In this document: positions 48,329-64,000 of the stretch, one piece after another
Layout: each line of letters opens with the position of its first letter
How positions within the stretch are numbered: the first letter of the stretch is position 1
NCBI GenBank assembly: GCA_012295275.1
Contig: CM022675.1
Span: 9,300,001-9,364,000 of the forward strand
Direction: 5' to 3'
DNA: 64,000 bases
Source: Chrysomallon squamiferum
Taxonomy: Eukaryota; Animalia; Mollusca
The notes under the pieces: generated by a model
Database searches by the model: none
The model's input: only the letters and a program-made list of their open reading frames with translations
Told to the model about the DNA's origin: nothing
Made by a program: the position numbers and the translations under genes

Positions 48329-49509
48329 TTTTAATTTTTAATTTCTGTTTCCGTCAGCTGTAATATTCTGTAAAATAATAATAATAATAGCAACAACAAC
48401 AACACTGCTACTACTCTTACTGCTATTACTACTACTACGATTTTTGCTTATATATTAAACAACATTAACTTAATAATCGGTAAAACCGGAAATTACTATT
48501 ATTAACAATAATATTAAATTAATAAATAAAAATTAAAAATATCACTATTACTAAATTTATAATACAGCAACTGTTTTAAATCGACACTTACCTGATTTGT
48601 CTTGTGGTGATTGTGGTCTTAAGAAAACTAACAACTGACCATGTACTATAAAAAGCTTTATAACATTAGACATATTTCGCTTCGTAAACGAGACCGTACA
48701 TGGCCATGTAAACACGTGTTTAGCCACCCATAACATAAATATTACCATATATGGAGGAGGAATAAACGAGTACCAGTCGTCAAACTAACAAAGTTTCAGC
48801 GTTGTTAAGGAACCAGTCTAGTTTTAGAAGTACTTGTATTAAAAGTTTTGAACCATTTTGATTGCAAAGAATAGAACAAATTATTAATCTAGATTAACAT
48901 TCTTATATACTTAATCAACTACGGAGTTCAGCTGATCGTACAGAAGTCGTAGTGCATTTTTAACAAGTTACGAGAAAACACGAAATATGCCGAGGTTATC
49001 CGATATTGTCTGAACTTGACTGTTACTTTCATAAATTTAAAAACTATATTTTAGATAGTAGCATTTTAGTAAATTCGCATTAAATTCAAATTTATACATT
49101 TGTATGTTGCTTTTTAAAAAATGTATTAATCGTATGTTACGAGTTATTCTTGTTAATACATTATACAAACAATCTGCACAATTTACAAAATATGGTTAAA
49201 ATTTTATTTAAGAATTATTATTATAGATTTCAAAAACAATAACGATACTGTCGACAGTATGGTGGATTTACCAGTCATGCACATCCATGTAAAACAAGAC
49301 AAAAACAATGGTTTTTGAAAAAATATATTGTTTTATTCAAATTAGTGAAAACATTTTATAAACAAAATTAATATAAAAAATGACTTTTCTGAATATGTAA
49401 ATCCCTGAGATACATCTCTGATTACAAAATGATCAGTTACTATAAAAGTATCTGAAATTACAATAACGACCAGTAACAGTTTCAAAGTGGTGTAGCTATT
49501 TCTGATTAT

Positions 49510-49544
<35 letters not shown>

Positions 49545-50025
49545 CAATGAAAAAAACATGACTTAATGAAGTGAATATTTCAAACAAGCAAACTGATCAC
49601 TGCAACAATCAGATTTTATTGTCAGTTCAAATAATGACTAGAGAACATTTTAAGTTTTTTTTTTTTAAATTTTGGAAAATGAAAATTTTTAGATTCTAAA
49701 TCCACATCTTGTGACTCCACTCCAAGTAAAACTGTTGAAAACATTTTTTCTTTAGAAATGTATGTAGCAAATACATTTCTTATTTATTGTTGTTGTTTTT
49801 AACTGAAATGTATGATTTTAAAATGTTTCGAACATCGGAGTGATCTCATAACAAAAACAGTGAAATCTGACTAAATTCAGTTTCCATAGTAATTTTAATC
49901 TGGTATTTGTCGTAACAACAGATAATCCAGTCAGAATGGTACAAATGATGATGTAGTTTATGACTGGGACGGAGAGATGAAATTTGAACATAGAAATGGA
50001 AGGTTGTTTTTCTCATGCAGTCAGG

Positions 50026-63568
<13,543 letters not shown>

Positions 63569-64000
63569 CTGAAATATTTTAAATTTATGTTGTATTAATA
63601 AATGTTTTCAGAATTATTAAGTCAGACAGTGATTCAAACTAGATGGAAGAGTCTTATCAAATCCTTTGAAATCGTTATAACAATATATGAAAACTGAATA
63701 TAAGATTAATTTATACTTTTATAGGCATCGGTTTGATCGAATTAATGATCAACTGCTTAACCAATTCTCTACAATGTAACAATAGGACTTGGACTACTTC
63801 CAGTGTCTGCTACCGCTAATAAATGTCATGTGTAGTGCTTTGTTGTATATTTAAAAACAGTAAAATTTTTTTCTTTCTTTCATTCTTTCGTTCTTCTTTT
63901 TTTTTTTTAAATTTAAAAGCATCTTCATTATCATCTTTTTTATCATAAATTATTATAATTTATAGGATGTTTAAATCCAAATTAGGTCCCCTTCTGGCTG

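Noticed and set aside
63812-63829. Possible ATIC start exon ATGACATTTATTAGCG|GTAGCA on minus
   Set aside because: The phase fits but the donor is poor and there is no promoter context. The true first exon probably lies beyond the window.

Overview
AT-rich, microsatellite-laden, intron-containing animal DNA. A lophotrochozoan, probably a mollusc, is my inference from gene content and miRNA-site signatures. Four protein-coding genes were reconstructed by hand from splice sites: (1) a ZEB/zfh1/zag-1 zinc-finger homeobox gene on +, with six coding exons at 19426-26619, about 19 kb of upstream intronic/regulatory DNA, three apparent 1-nt frameshifts in its large GC-rich exon and an inferred 3' UTR of about 10 kb; (2) DNAJC9 on -; (3) an ankyrin-repeat/SOCS-box gene on -; (4) ATIC/purH on -, 18 exons, with the start-codon exon not found. 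Two non-coding systems stand out. First, the ZEB 3' UTR carries dense seed-site arrays (miR-8/200, miR-96, miR-279, miR-7). It also carries several sites with seed pairing, a central mismatch and extensive 3' pairing, the architecture of target-directed miRNA degradation (TDMD) triggers: miR-8 (21/22 paired, mismatch at nt 11), miR-12 and miR-279, and possibly miR-1994 and miR-96b. This suggests one mRNA acting as a multi-miRNA decay hub. Second, ATIC introns host six box C/D snoRNA-like elements, five with a SNORD30-type 18S guide and one with rewired guides, and four of them sit in a single intron. miRNA, snoRNA and rRNA sequences were recalled from memory and motif counts were made by eye, so all need verification.
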